From positions 12,560-76,559 of the forward strand of contig CAXCCG010000001.1 in NCBI GenBank assembly GCA_963981015.1: 64,000 bases of DNA, written 5' to 3'. Every line of letters begins with the position of its first letter. The stretch's first letter is position 1. The notes under the pieces are model-generated. The model searched no databases. It had not been told where the DNA came from and was given only the letters and a program-made list of their open reading frames with translations. The stretch comes from an uncultured Gammaproteobacteria bacterium. GTDB lineage: Bacteria; Pseudomonadota; Gammaproteobacteria; GCF-002020875. Both the position numbers and the translations under genes were made by a program. Shown one piece after another: positions 10,809 through 21,786 of the stretch.

Positions 10809-11288
10809 TCACACGATATAACGGACCTCAACAATCTCCAGGTTTCGGATTCCACTGGGTGCTTGCACCACGGCAACCTCACCCTCCTCCTTACCAATCA
10901 TCGCCCGTGCGATGGGTGAGTTGACGGAGATCTTCCCCTCTTTAATATTGGACTCATCATCCCCCACAATTTTGTAGGTGACCGCTTCGCCACTATCTTC
11001 ATCTTCAAGATCTACCGTTACCCCAAAAACCACCTTACCGTTCTGTGGTAACGAAGAGATATCAATCTCTTGTGCATTACTAAGCTTTGCTTCCAGGTCC
11101 TGAATACGCCCTTCAATAAACCCTTGCTGTTCACGAGCTGCATGATATTCTGCATTCTCTTTCAAATCACCATGGGCACGCGCCTCTGCAATATCATCTA
11201 TCACCTGAGGACGATCTATGGTCTTCAGTTGATTTAGCTCCTGACGCATTTTCTCTGCACCCTGTACAGTCAGTGGAATTTTGTTCAT
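10809..11288 (-). CDS. greA: transcription elongation factor GreA
   Basis: 159 aa; [21 protein letters not shown]...[12 protein letters not shown] typical GreA. Confidence 0.95.
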   Translation of the reverse strand: MNKIPLTVQGAEKMRQELNQLKTIDRPQVIDDIAEARAHGDLKENAEYHAAREQQGFIEGRIQDLEAKLSNAQEIDISSLPQNGKVVFGVTVDLEDEDSGEAVTYKIVGDDESNIKEGKISVNSPIARAMIGKEEGEVAVVQAPSGIRNLEIVEVRYIV

Positions 11289-14200
11289 TTAATTTCCCTC
11301 ATGTAGATCTTGAAGACGGTTGACCTCCCGGTCATCCAGATTAGACAGTGCAAACGCCATCGCCTGTGCACCCGCTATAGTGGTGAAGTAGGTGACTTTA
11401 TGGTTAAGCGTCTCACGGCGAATGGAGTAGGAGTCTGCAATGGCCTGTTTGCCATCCGTGGTATTAACAATCAGATCAATCTCATCATTTTTAATCTGAT
11501 CTACGATATGAGGGCGCCCCTCTTCCACCTTGTTGATACGTTGGCAGGGGATTGAGGCCTCATTTAATACCTTGGCTGTGCCACGGGTTGCGACAATTTC
11601 GAAACCCGCATCTGCCAACGTCTTGGCCACCGGAACTACGCGCTGCTTGTCACTGGCCCGTACACTAATAAAGGCACGACCTGACCGGGGCAGTGGGCCG
11701 CCCGCAGCCAACTGAGACTTTGCAAAGGCCTCACCAAAGCTTTTACCTACTCCCATCACCTCACCAGTAGATTTCATCTCTGGCCCCAGCAGTGGATCAA
11801 CTCCGGGGAATTTTACAAAGGGGAAGACGGCCTCTTTGACCGAGTAGTGTTTTGGAATCATCTCTTCGGTGACTCCCTGCACTTTCAGACTCTGTCCTGC
11901 CATGCAACGAGCCGCAACCTTAGCCAGCGGACGACCGATTGCCTTAGAGACAAACGGTACGGTACGTGAAGCACGAGGATTGACCTCCAGCACGTAGATC
12001 AGATCACCTTGAATAGCGAACTGCACATTCATCAAACCAAGCACTTTCAGCTCCAGCGCCATTGCTCGAGTCTGTTCACGCAGGCGGTTCTGAATCTCTT
12101 CAGTGAGATCATACGGAGGCAATGAACAGGCTGAGTCACCCGAGTGGACACCCGCCTGCTCGATATGTTGCATAATCCCACCAATCAAGACCTCTTCACC
12201 ATCACAGATCGCATCCACATCCACCTCAACGGCATCATTGAGGAAACGATCCAGTAACACCGGGCTCTCATTAGAGACCTGCACCGCTTCGCGGAAATAG
12301 GTCTGCAACCCCTCGGCATCATGGACGATCTCCATCGCGCGACCACCTAATACATAGGAGGGACGTACCACTAACGGGTAGCCAATCTCTTCTGCCAGCT
12401 TCAGCGCCTCATCATCGGCACGCGCTGTTCGATTGGGTGGCTGCAACAGTCCCAGTTTATTGAGAGCCTGTTGAAAGCGTTCTCGATCCTCTGCCAAATC
12501 AATCGCATCCGGTGAGGTGCCAATAATAGGCACGCCCGCCTTCTCCAGATCAGCTGCCAGCTTCAGTGGAGTTTGACCACCATACTGTACGATGACACCA
12601 ACAGGCTGCTCTTTATGCACCACCTCCAACACATCCTCCAGTGTTAGAGGCTCAAAATAGAGGCGGTCCGAGGTGTCGTAGTCGGTCGATACCGTCTCTG
12701 GGTTACAGTTGACCATGATGGTCTCGTAGCCATCTTCACGCATTGCCAATGCCGCGTGTACACAGCAGTAGTCAAATTCGATACCCTGACCGATACGGTT
12801 GGGTCCACCGCCCAGTACCATAATCTTCTTGTTGTCCGAAGGGTTGGATTCACACTCCTCCTCATAGGTGGAGTACATGTAGGCTGTATTGGTCGGGAAT
12901 TCGGCAGCACAGGTATCGACCCGCTTGAAGACCGGACGTACACCTAACTGGTGACGGTGAGCACGTACCGCATACTCATCACTATTGACCAGCTTGGCGA
13001 GGCGACGATCCGAGAAGCCCTTACGCTTCAGCAGACGTAGCATCATCGCATCCAGTCCTGCGAGGCCACCCGATTTCACCTGTGCCTCATCCTTAATCAG
13101 ATCCTCGATCTGAATCAGAAACCAGCGGTCAATCTGGGTCTCTTCAAAGATCTCTTCCATGCTCCATCCAGCACGGAAAGCATCACCCACATACCAGATG
13201 CGCTCTGCACCCGGCACCCGCAACCTCTTGCGCAGTACCTCGGTGAGATCTTCCGCATCCAGTGCAATCTTCTCATCAAAACCATCGGCCCCCACTTCAA
13301 GACCACGCAACGCCTTCTGCAAGGACTCCTGTTGGGTACGACCCATTGCCATCACCTCACCGACTGATTTCATCTGTGTGGTCAGAGTGCCATCGGCCTG
13401 CGGGAACTTCTCGAAGGTAAAACGTGGAATCTTGGTGACTACATAGTCAATGGATGGCTCGAACGAGGCAGGGGTTGAACCGCCGGTAATCTCATTCTGC
13501 AGCTCATCCAGTGTGTAACCAATTGCCAGTTTTGCCGCCACCTTGGCAATCGGAAAGCCGGTTGCCTTGGAGGCCAGAGCCGAAGAGCGCGATACGCGTG
13601 GGTTCATCTCAATAATGATCATGCGCCCATTCTCAGGGTTGATCGCAAACTGTACGTTGGAGCCACCGGTATCAACACCGATCTCACGCAGTACCGCCAG
13701 TGAGGCGTTACGCATGATCTGGTACTCCTTATCTGTCAGCGTCTGTGCTGGTGCAACGGTGATGGAGTCCCCGGTATGAACCCCCATCGGATCAAAATTT
13801 TCAATCGAACAGATGATGATGCAGTTGTCCTTGCGGTCACGCACCACCTCCATCTCATACTCTTTCCACCCCAATACCGACTCTTCGATCAGCAGCTCGT
13901 TGGTTGGTGAGAGGTCAAGACCACGCTCACAGATCTCAATAAACTCTTCTTTGTTATAGGCAATACCACCACCACTACCCCCCATGGTGAATGAGGGACG
14001 GATAATGACCGGAAAGCCGAGTGGAATCTGCACCTGCTGCGCCTCTTCCAGACTATGAGCAATGGCAGATTCCGGAGTATCAAGGCCAATCTTGTGCATT
14101 GCATCCCGGAAACGTTCGCGATCTTCCGCCTTGTCAATGGCATCACGGGTCGCACCCACCATCTCAACACTGTACTTCTCCAGCACCCCTTCCCGCTCCA

Positions 14201-14504
14201 GGTCAAGGGCACAGTTCAATGCGGTCTGTCCCCCCATGGTTGGAAGCAGTGCATCCGGTCTCTCTTTTTCAATAATCCGCTCGACCGTCTCCCAGTGGAT
14301 TGGCTCGATATAGATCGAATCGGCCATCTCCGGATCGGTCATGATAGTTGCAGGGTTGGAGTTGACCAGAACAACCCGAAATCCCTCTTCCCGTAGCGCC
14401 TTACACGCCTGTGCACCCGAGTAGTCAAACTCACACGCCTGACCGATAACGATCGGTCCTGCGCCAATAATCAGGATGCTGTTAATGTCGGTACGCTTTG
14501 GCAT
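11289..14504 (-). CDS. carB: carbamoyl-phosphate synthase large subunit
   Basis: 1071 aa; duplicated ATP-grasp halves and an MGS-like C-terminal domain. Confidence 0.97.
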   Translation of the reverse strand: MPKRTDINSILIIGAGPIVIGQACEFDYSGAQACKALREEGFRVVLVNSNPATIMTDPEMADSIYIEPIHWETVERIIEKERPDALLPTMGGQTALNCALDLEREGVLEKYSVEMVGATRDAIDKAEDRERFRDAMHKIGLDTPESAIAHSLEEAQQVQIPLGFPVIIRPSFTMGGSGGGIAYNKEEFIEICERGLDLSPTNELLIEESVLGWKEYEMEVVRDRKDNCIIICSIENFDPMGVHTGDSITVAPAQTLTDKEYQIMRNASLAVLREIGVDTGGSNVQFAINPENGRMIIIEMNPRVSRSSALASKATGFPIAKVAAKLAIGYTLDELQNEITGGSTPASFEPSIDYVVTKIPRFTFEKFPQADGTLTTQMKSVGEVMAMGRTQQESLQKALRGLEVGADGFDEKIALDAEDLTEVLRKRLRVPGAERIWYVGDAFRAGWSMEEIFEETQIDRWFLIQIEDLIKDEAQVKSGGLAGLDAMMLRLLKRKGFSDRRLAKLVNSDEYAVRAHRHQLGVRPVFKRVDTCAAEFPTNTAYMYSTYEEECESNPSDNKKIMVLGGGPNRIGQGIEFDYCCVHAALAMREDGYETIMVNCNPETVSTDYDTSDRLYFEPLTLEDVLEVVHKEQPVGVIVQYGGQTPLKLAADLEKAGVPIIGTSPDAIDLAEDRERFQQALNKLGLLQPPNRTARADDEALKLAEEIGYPLVVRPSYVLGGRAMEIVHDAEGLQTYFREAVQVSNESPVLLDRFLNDAVEVDVDAICDGEEVLIGGIMQHIEQAGVHSGDSACSLPPYDLTEEIQNRLREQTRAMALELKVLGLMNVQFAIQGDLIYVLEVNPRASRTVPFVSKAIGRPLAKVAARCMAGQSLKVQGVTEEMIPKHYSVKEAVFPFVKFPGVDPLLGPEMKSTGEVMGVGKSFGEAFAKSQLAAGGPLPRSGRAFISVRASDKQRVVPVAKTLADAGFEIVATRGTAKVLNEASIPCQRINKVEEGRPHIVDQIKNDEIDLIVNTTDGKQAIADSYSIRRETLNHKVTYFTTIAGAQAMAFALSNLDDREVNRLQDLHEGN

Positions 14505-15682
14505 TACTTGGCTCCCATTTCTGCAGATTCGGCAGCTGCGTCCCGGCGCTGCTGCATCAACTCGATAAAGTGGTCAAATAGCGGGGCTACATCATGTGGC
14601 CCAGGACTCGCCTCAGGGTGTCCCTGGAAGCTGAAAGCTGGACAATCGGTACGCTCCACACCTTGCAGTGATCCATCAAACAGTGAACGGTGGGTAGCTG
14701 CCAGACACTCTGGCAAGCTCTGATCATCTACCGCAAAACCGTGGTTCTGACTGGTGATCATCACCTCGCCCCCACCCAGTTTCTGCACAGGATGGTTGGC
14801 ACCATGATGGCCAAACTTCATCTTTAAGGTTTTGGCGCCGCTCGCCAGTGAAAGCAGCTGATGTCCTAGACAGATCCCGAATAGAGGCATTTTCTCGCCC
14901 AAAAGACGTTTGATACTGTTTTGTGCATAGTCACAAGGCTCAGGGTCACCCGGTCCATTAGAGAGGAAGATCCCGTCCGGGTTGCGTGACAGCACCTCTT
15001 CTACCGGTGTATCCGCTGGAACCACCTGCAGACGGCAGCCACGATCTACCAACATACGCAGAATATTGCGCTTTACTCCGTAGTCGTATACCACCACATG
15101 CCAAGGCAGTGAAGCGGGATTTTCAACCGGATCAGGCAAGCCGCCCTCCAGTGTCCAGCTCCCCTGCTCCCAATCATATTCAGTTTTTGTCGTTGCCTCA
15201 ATTGCAAGGTCCATCCCCTGCAGTCCAGCAAAATTCTTCGCACTCTCAACAGCGGCCTGCTCATCAATATTCTCGCCAGCCACTATGCACCCACCTTGTG
15301 CACCCTTTTCTCGCAAGATACGGGTAAGGCGACGGGTATCAATCCCGGCAATTGCAACCGTATTGTGGCGAACCAGATAATCTGTGAGATCTTCAGTACT
15401 GCGCCAGTTACTGGTGATTTGTGAACGATCCCGAATCACCAGTCCAGCAGCCATCACACCACCGGCAGACTCTTCGTCCTCTGCATTAGTGCCAACATTA
15501 CCGATATGGGGATAGGTGAGCGTCACAATTTGACGCAGATAGGAGGGGTCCGTAAGGATCTCCTGGTAGCCAGTCAGTGCGGTATTGAAGACTACCTCAC
15601 CCACCGTTTCACCAGAAATACCAATCGACTCTCCGTAAAAGAGACTCCCATCTTCCAAAGCAAGAATAGCAGGTGTTGTCAT
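14504..15682 (-). CDS. carA: carbamoyl-phosphate synthase small subunit (glutamine amidotransferase)
   Basis: 392 aa; GICLGHQ class I GATase catalytic Cys motif; 1-nt overlap with carB. Confidence 0.95.
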   Translation of the reverse strand: MTTPAILALEDGSLFYGESIGISGETVGEVVFNTALTGYQEILTDPSYLRQIVTLTYPHIGNVGTNAEDEESAGGVMAAGLVIRDRSQITSNWRSTEDLTDYLVRHNTVAIAGIDTRRLTRILREKGAQGGCIVAGENIDEQAAVESAKNFAGLQGMDLAIEATTKTEYDWEQGSWTLEGGLPDPVENPASLPWHVVVYDYGVKRNILRMLVDRGCRLQVVPADTPVEEVLSRNPDGIFLSNGPGDPEPCDYAQNSIKRLLGEKMPLFGICLGHQLLSLASGAKTLKMKFGHHGANHPVQKLGGGEVMITSQNHGFAVDDQSLPECLAATHRSLFDGSLQGVERTDCPAFSFQGHPEASPGPHDVAPLFDHFIELMQQRRDAAAESAEMGAK

Positions 15683-15915
15683 AGTTCAATCTTCGCACAT
15701 AAAAAACGGGACCCTCTATATTTATCAGCCGCTTACTAGCGCCTACACAAATATGAATCCCGTTACTAATAATTCCATTCGGACCGTTCCTCTCAGGACG
15801 AGAGATTGAGTGCGAATTCTACTCTTCCAACCCGGAAAGGTCTACGGGGAAGACTTGAATATTAGCCATTAATTTTACAGTTCAGTGAAACACTGCATCT
15901 TTTCAGGGGATACAC

Positions 15916-16311
15916 TTACAGGAGAGAACCAACAAACGCCTCTACCACTTTCGCAGTTTGGATTGATTTTATCGCTCTATTCTCGGTTACCGCATCTCTT
16001 GGAGCAAGATCATTCATCGGGTAACGTGCAAGCTGATTCTGTTCTGCCAACATCAAAAGATCGTCCTGTGAGGGCAGATCCGCAATCGAAATCCCCGCCT
16101 CTTCAATCTGTCTCGCCAAAATTACAAGCTGATGAGTGTATTCAAATTTGGCTCCTGCAAAAATCAGAATACCTTTCAGGTTTTTCTCTGCAGATTGTTG
16201 TGCCGCATAGGCCGCCCACTCATAGCGCCCTGCACGCATAGAGTCCTTTGCCTGCTGCAGGTCCTGCTCTGCCTGACGAAGCCACAAAAGATGATCACTC
16301 ACTGTATTCAC
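15916..16311 (-). CDS. HEPN domain protein (HEPN/MNT toxin-antitoxin module)
   Basis: 131 aa; AAQQSAEKNLKGILIFAGAKFEYTHQLVIL matches the conserved helix of COG2250-type HEPN proteins. It overlaps the upstream MNT gene by 17 nt. Confidence 0.75.
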   Translation of the reverse strand: MNTVSDHLLWLRQAEQDLQQAKDSMRAGRYEWAAYAAQQSAEKNLKGILIFAGAKFEYTHQLVILARQIEEAGISIADLPSQDDLLMLAEQNQLARYPMNDLAPRDAVTENRAIKSIQTAKVVEAFVGSLL

Positions 16312-16645
16312 AGATCACCTCCTTCTCCTGATCCACATTCTTCCAGAAGAGTGAGTGCTCTCGCTTCTGCTGAAGAGCCTCTGGAGTAGTCACCACCGTA
16401 TCTCCCGGAAGTTGTGCTGCACAGGAACGGGCTGCATCTTCATGATCTGTCACAATTAACACATCAACATCAGACAATGAAGAGAAGCTCCCCGTTGCAT
16501 AAGAGCCAAACAGATAGATCTTGGAGTTTGTGCCCTGCAACAGCGGCGAACAGACGAGTTTAATTCTCTGAATCTCAGACTGCTTTCTTTTATCCCGACT
16601 TGCCCGAATAGCGAAGTGCATCACCAGAGTATACTTTTTTTTCAC
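16295..16645 (-). CDS. minimal nucleotidyltransferase (MNT) partner of HEPN
   Basis: 116 aa; LFGSYATGSFSSLSDVDVLIV is the GS-x9-13-DxD nucleotidyltransferase motif. Confidence 0.8.
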   Translation of the reverse strand: MKKKYTLVMHFAIRASRDKRKQSEIQRIKLVCSPLLQGTNSKIYLFGSYATGSFSSLSDVDVLIVTDHEDAARSCAAQLPGDTVVTTPEALQQKREHSLFWKNVDQEKEVICEYSE

Positions 16646-16652
16646 CCACTAT

Positions 16653-17675
16653 TCAGCTCTTACGACAGACATCCAGTGCCTGCAATAGTGCCGGAAAACT
16701 GATTCTCTCCTGTTCCAGCCTCAGATTGGTTGCGTGGCTGTGGTTGAGCAGCTGCTGATAGAGCCGCTGTTCCTCCTCATTGAGATACCTCAACATACGT
16801 TGGGTAGGGTGCTGCTCACGGCCCCAGAACTGGCGATGCAGCAGCAGTATCTGACGATCCATCAGCATCGATCGGGCCTGTGGAAGGTAGTGTCGAATCT
16901 GGTCCAGCATGGCAAAACCATGGGTATCGATGTCTCCCCAGTAGTAAATTTCTGATGCTTTCAGCCATAGCACCTGTTGCAGCGGTTGCAGTCCATAACC
17001 CAGACCGAAGATCACCAAACTCTTTGAATATTCAGGAAAGACCAATCCGTTAATCTCATTTTCTGTAATAAAGACTGTTTCAACACCAAGATCGAGTACT
17101 GCAAACTCTTCAACCGAAAGAGTCAGATCAGAAAGACCGGAGAGCCGGAGTGCTGGATCAAGAATACGAAAGCGGATCAGCAGAGGCTTACTACGCAATC
17201 CATAGCGTGACTCAAACCCCTTGATACCGGTGTATTCACTATTGATTGCTGTTGCTGGAAGAGTCTGGTCGAGCAGCTCCGTCAGAACCTTGCGATGCTG
17301 TTCAATAAATTTGGTATCGATCTGAGCAAGATCAATTTGACGCAGGTAGATTCCCGCTTGCGGGTGGCTAAGAAACCACTCGATAACGGTGATAATGCTC
17401 TCCCACTGTTGATGATGCAGAAGGATTTTGTGGGGATAGCGAATGACCCAGTCACGCAGTTGCGGAAAGTGCTCCAGCAGACGGGAGGCATCGTACTGAA
17501 AACGCTCAGCCTCGCCAAGCTTGCCAATCATGCGCAACAGCGCCTCTTCACTCTCGAAACAGATGCTCTGCGGAATCCTATTTTCACCAATCTGCCGATG
17601 CTGGACTGTTTTCCACTGAATAGAGCATTCTCTCCTTTTCTCCATCTTCTGCAGCTGCTGAATCCAGCTACGCAC
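16653..17675 (-). CDS. jetD: Wadjet/Mks JetD (MksG) toprim-domain nuclease subunit (DUF2220-like); N-terminus uncertain
   Basis: 340 aa from a GTG start. Toprim catalytic glutamate FITENE and metal site YYWGDIDTHGFAML resemble Topo VI-A/JetD. The reading frame stays open a further 74 codons upstream (to 17897) but has no start codon there. Confidence 0.75.
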   Translation of the reverse strand: MRSWIQQLQKMEKRRECSIQWKTVQHRQIGENRIPQSICFESEEALLRMIGKLGEAERFQYDASRLLEHFPQLRDWVIRYPHKILLHHQQWESIITVIEWFLSHPQAGIYLRQIDLAQIDTKFIEQHRKVLTELLDQTLPATAINSEYTGIKGFESRYGLRSKPLLIRFRILDPALRLSGLSDLTLSVEEFAVLDLGVETVFITENEINGLVFPEYSKSLVIFGLGYGLQPLQQVLWLKASEIYYWGDIDTHGFAMLDQIRHYLPQARSMLMDRQILLLHRQFWGREQHPTQRMLRYLNEEEQRLYQQLLNHSHATNLRLEQERISFPALLQALDVCRKS

Positions 17676-17836
17676 CTCATCAAATGACTCCCCTAATGCA
17701 TGACTATTGGGCCCCTTCAGGCGCAGACACCAGGGGAATAGCGATTCATTACCATCAACCTGTGCAGCAAGAAAGAGTCCTTGTTGCCACCGTTTCAGCA
17801 GAATCTTGCGGATCTCATCCGGGGTAGTCCATGGGG

Positions 17837-18376
17837 TTACAGCAGCGATTGTTGCGGCTCCATATCGATGATGCGATGACGTGTCTCCTGCTCTCCGTCA
17901 ATTACCGGAAACAGAGAACGGTAGTAGACATTCCAGATCACATCCGGTGTACGGATCTTGGCACGTTTAGGGTTGAGTTTGACCACCTCACCATAAATCA
18001 GCGTACCATCACGGCCACGAAACCCTACCGGGTCGCCAACAGACAGTGAGTTTCGATCCAGCACCCCTGTAGTGGTGGGTGCCACTTCAGTGACCACCTG
18101 CTCCAGGTTGAGCATATAGATTGGAAGATTCCAGCGTTTCCCACTCTCCAGTTCGGTGGCCAGCACATGGGTACGTTTAACCACCGTGATGGTGACATCG
18201 ACCATACAGTTTTTGTCTGGATCAAAAAAACTGGTGACCATTCCCGGACGCAGCTGGTTGCGAACCCGCAGAATGGTTTGCGGGTCATCGAGCAGGTGAT
18301 CAATCAGTATGCGCAGGCGAAACAGGTCAAAGGGGGAGGCATCCTGTATCGCCTCATTCAATAAATTGTAGTCCAT
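17837..18376 (-). CDS. hypothetical protein between jetC and jetD (possible novel accessory subunit or frameshifted JetD N-terminal region)
   Basis: 179 aa ORF with no recognisable motif. It starts 15 nt downstream of the jetC stop, and its stop overlaps the upstream-open jetD frame in a different frame. Confidence 0.45.
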   Translation of the reverse strand: MDYNLLNEAIQDASPFDLFRLRILIDHLLDDPQTILRVRNQLRPGMVTSFFDPDKNCMVDVTITVVKRTHVLATELESGKRWNLPIYMLNLEQVVTEVAPTTTGVLDRNSLSVGDPVGFRGRDGTLIYGEVVKLNPKRAKIRTPDVIWNVYYRSLFPVIDGEQETRHRIIDMEPQQSLL

Positions 18377-18390
18377 AATATTTCTCTTTG

Positions 18391-21300
18391 TTAGGTACTT
18401 GTTGTACGCGCCGCCTTCTCACTGCGATACTCATCGATAGTGAGGTTACGCAGCTTCGACTCCCGTCCCTCATCATTGTGGACAAAGCCGACACTGGCAA
18501 CATAGGGTTCAATGATATGGATCTTCTGCAGCGGAGTGACGATCAGCAGTTGCAGATTGAGCTGCTTGAAGAGCCTCAGTCCGAACCGTGCCGACTCATC
18601 GGAGCCACGCCCGAAGGCCTCATCAATCACCACAAAACGGAAACTACGGGAGCGGGTCGCCCCCCACTCCAGCCCAAACTGATAGGCGAGGCTGGCGGCC
18701 AACACCGTGTAGGCGAGCTTCTCCTTCTGTCCGCCAGACTTACCCCCACTATCGGTGTAGTGCTCATGTTCGCGATCATCCTCGCGCCAGCGCTCTGAGG
18801 CAGAGAAGAGAAAGCTGTTACGCACATCACTCACCTTTTGAGTCCAACGGCGGTCCAGCTCACCACTCCCTTCGCGTCCGCGAAAACGCTCAATGATACG
18901 TTTGACCTGCACAAATTTTGCCTCTGAGTACTGCTCCTCCTCTGAACCGGTCAAGCCCCCTTCCAAACAGCTGCGCAAATCCTGTTTGAAGGCATTAATC
19001 TCCGGATCACCGTTACGCTGTCGTTCCAGCAGGATATAGCGCCCAGGATTATAGTCGATCTGGTTCAGTGAGTGGTTGATGCGCTCAATACGCTCCTTAA
19101 TGGTGTTCTCCTCACGCGTGAGCTGTGACTGGAAGTTGGCCACTTCACGGATGGTATTCTCATTCAGCAGGGTTTTGAAGCGGGCCTCAAAGACGGGGAG
19201 ACCATCTCTCTCCAGCTCCTGCAACTGGGTACGATACCCCTCGGCGGCCTCGATACCAACATCCAGCTCCTCAGTCTCTTGAGGGTAGTCATTGCGATAC
19301 TGCTGCATCACTGCGATGATGCGCTGTGACAGGGTATTGATACGTTGGTTTTTGCCATTGATCTGCCTCTGTAGCCACTCACGCAGCTCATGGGCGCGAT
19401 TCTCACATGACTCAACGCTCAGAGTGTGCTCTCCCAACGCCTCACTGCGCAATATCTCCAGCTGCTCGAACTGCTGCACACGAAACTCCGGTTCTAGCTG
19501 ATTGACCAGCAACTGGCTCTGTTCAATCTGCTCGCTGGACTGCTGCAGCTTCAGTTCACAAGTGGTTCGCTCCTGCTTCAACTTGTCTAGCTGGATCTCA
19601 CTCTGCTGTAACCGCTGCTCCAGCTCACCAAGCTGTTGATTGAGCACCAGCAACAGATCTGAAGCGGACTGCAACTGCTCAAACTCATCACCCAGCTGAC
19701 TGATCTCCAGCGAGAGCTGCTGCCACTCAATTTCACCAAAGTCACGATACTCACCAATTTTGACCAGCTGCTCCTGTTGTTGGCGCAGCTGCTTCAACTG
19801 TTGCTGCGACTCAGAGAGCTGGACAGAGGTGCGCTGCATCTGCTGCTCCAACTGTGCGGCCTGCTGCTCCAGTACATCAATCTTGGCCTGGTTGCTCCAA
19901 CCCAACAGATAACGGCTGCGATCGTTGATACGGTGGCGATCATCTTTCTCGTGACGTACCCCACCCGCTTTGATCTGTCCATTGCGGGTAACCGCACGCT
20001 GTTCACGGCGAAACTGTTCTAGCTGCTCACAGCAGGCATAGTCAAAGCGGCGTCCCAGCTCCTGCTCGATCCAGCCATAGAAGAGAGAATCCGGTTTGAT
20101 ACTGAGTTTTCGGATCAGCGAATCGGGGTGGAGAGTATGCTGCTCACTGCGTTGTGGTTGACGAATTCGGTAGTAAACCAAGCGCCCACGGAGATGTGTC
20201 TGCTCCACCCAGTCGCTCACTACGGCATAGAGTGCATCTGGCACCAGCAGTGAGAGGGCAAAGTTGTGCAGCAGACGTTCGGCTACCCCCTCCCAGTCAT
20301 GCGCCTCCTCACGTACCTGAATTAGCTCACCAGCAAATGGCATCTCCTCAGGGTCAATCTGCAGGGTACTACAGAGCAGCTGGCGAATCTGAATCTGCTG
20401 ATCACTGATATTGCTGCTGCGGCGACGCAAGGATTCCAGCTCAATATTATACGCTTCATAATTTTGTTTGAGGGTGCGCAACTCCACCCCCTGCTCGGTC
20501 ATCCAGTTCTGCTGTTGCTCCTCTGCACCATCACACTGTTGCCGCTGTAGCTTGAGCTGGTGACGGTTATCGATAAACTGATCACTATTGTGGGCTTTCG
20601 GCAGTTGCAGTGCCTCCGCCAGCCGGTTATAACGCTCGGCACGCTGCTGTCGACGCTCTTTGTCCCTGGTTTTCTCTTCAATATCGCTACGCAGCCGTTC
20701 CAGCCGGTCACCGCCATTACGGGCGATAGCCTGCTTGATTTGGTCGCGTTCACCCAACTGCTCACTAAGCTGTTGCTGCTGCTGTTCGAGCCGCACTGCA
20801 ATGCGTTGCTGCTCCTGCTGCAGCCGTTCCATGCGTCGCTCTAGCAACTGCCTCTTGAGATTGGCAAAAAAGGGGATGATCGCCTCCCGGTTATGCCGCC
20901 ACTGTGTAGTGAGTGCTGAGAGCTGCTGCTGCTCATCACAGTCAGAAATCAGCGGGGTCAACCGCTCGATTTGTCGCTTGGCACGCAAAATTGCCTCATG
21001 GGCTCGATTAAGGTCATCAAAGTGGTGAATCAGCGCATCGATACGAGGCTGCACATCGAATGGTTCCAGCATGTGCTGGCGCACAAAATTCGTTAGGTTA
21101 CCCACTGATTTCATCGACACAGTCTGGTGAAACAGCTCCAGTGCCTGCTCGTTATCAATCCCGAAGAGGCGGCGAAAACGGGCGCTATAGGGGGGAAAGC
21201 TTTCGAAAAGATCAATATGAGGATCGTTGCGTAGCCGCCGCTTCAGCGTATTAATCTCCTTACCGAAGCCGGAAAAGTCATCGGCAACAGTCATCGGACG

Positions 21301-21786
21301 CCGAGCAACCACAAAGAACCGAGCTGGCTGCCCCTGTGTATCCTTGCTCCAGAACAGCTGCGCCAGAGTCACACTTTGATCATATCCGGCGTTATGGAAA
21401 GTAGCGAGGATCACCGAGTAACTATTGTGGTCGCGCAGTGCAACCGGCTTGGAGCTACCGCCAACTTCGCTGCGTTCCGACTTATAGTAGCCCTGCACAT
21501 AGGAGCGTAGAGTGCGCTCCTTGCTACCTGCACCAGCGGCCTTGTTATAAGCGACTCGCTGCGCCGGTACCAGCAGTGTGGTAACGGCATCGACCAGAGT
21601 CGATTTTCCGGAGCCAATATCGCCGGTAACCAGGGTGTTGTTGCCATTGGCCTGAAGTGACCAGACCCGATTGTGGAAGGTACCCCAGTTATAGAGTTCC
21701 AACCTCTGCAGACGAAATCCTGCCAACGTCTCCTCAACACCGAAATCAAACTGCCCCAGCAAGTCGTCACTCTGATCGATCATCAC
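18391..21786 (-). CDS. jetC: Wadjet/Mks JetC (MksB) SMC-like ATPase
   Basis: 1131 aa; N-terminal Walker A LYNWGTFHNRVWSL...TGDIGSGKSTLVDAVTTLL; long Q/E/L-rich coiled coil; C-terminal Walker B FVVIDEAFGRGSDES. Confidence 0.9.
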   Translation of the reverse strand: MMIDQSDDLLGQFDFGVEETLAGFRLQRLELYNWGTFHNRVWSLQANGNNTLVTGDIGSGKSTLVDAVTTLLVPAQRVAYNKAAGAGSKERTLRSYVQGYYKSERSEVGGSSKPVALRDHNSYSVILATFHNAGYDQSVTLAQLFWSKDTQGQPARFFVVARRPMTVADDFSGFGKEINTLKRRLRNDPHIDLFESFPPYSARFRRLFGIDNEQALELFHQTVSMKSVGNLTNFVRQHMLEPFDVQPRIDALIHHFDDLNRAHEAILRAKRQIERLTPLISDCDEQQQLSALTTQWRHNREAIIPFFANLKRQLLERRMERLQQEQQRIAVRLEQQQQQLSEQLGERDQIKQAIARNGGDRLERLRSDIEEKTRDKERRQQRAERYNRLAEALQLPKAHNSDQFIDNRHQLKLQRQQCDGAEEQQQNWMTEQGVELRTLKQNYEAYNIELESLRRRSSNISDQQIQIRQLLCSTLQIDPEEMPFAGELIQVREEAHDWEGVAERLLHNFALSLLVPDALYAVVSDWVEQTHLRGRLVYYRIRQPQRSEQHTLHPDSLIRKLSIKPDSLFYGWIEQELGRRFDYACCEQLEQFRREQRAVTRNGQIKAGGVRHEKDDRHRINDRSRYLLGWSNQAKIDVLEQQAAQLEQQMQRTSVQLSESQQQLKQLRQQQEQLVKIGEYRDFGEIEWQQLSLEISQLGDEFEQLQSASDLLLVLNQQLGELEQRLQQSEIQLDKLKQERTTCELKLQQSSEQIEQSQLLVNQLEPEFRVQQFEQLEILRSEALGEHTLSVESCENRAHELREWLQRQINGKNQRINTLSQRIIAVMQQYRNDYPQETEELDVGIEAAEGYRTQLQELERDGLPVFEARFKTLLNENTIREVANFQSQLTREENTIKERIERINHSLNQIDYNPGRYILLERQRNGDPEINAFKQDLRSCLEGGLTGSEEEQYSEAKFVQVKRIIERFRGREGSGELDRRWTQKVSDVRNSFLFSASERWREDDREHEHYTDSGGKSGGQKEKLAYTVLAASLAYQFGLEWGATRSRSFRFVVIDEAFGRGSDESARFGLRLFKQLNLQLLIVTPLQKIHIIEPYVASVGFVHNDEGRESKLRNLTIDEYRSEKAARTTST

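Noticed and set aside
15683-15915. Possible riboswitch or attenuator upstream of carA
   Set aside because: No recognisable riboswitch consensus; carAB leaders are usually protein-regulated (ArgR/PurR/PepA-type control); left as ordinary promoter region.
18391-21786. Apparent repetitiveness (CAG/CTG-rich runs) inside jetC
   Set aside because: It reflects the Gln/Leu/Glu-rich coiled-coil arm of an SMC-like protein, not a DNA tandem repeat or CRISPR-like array.
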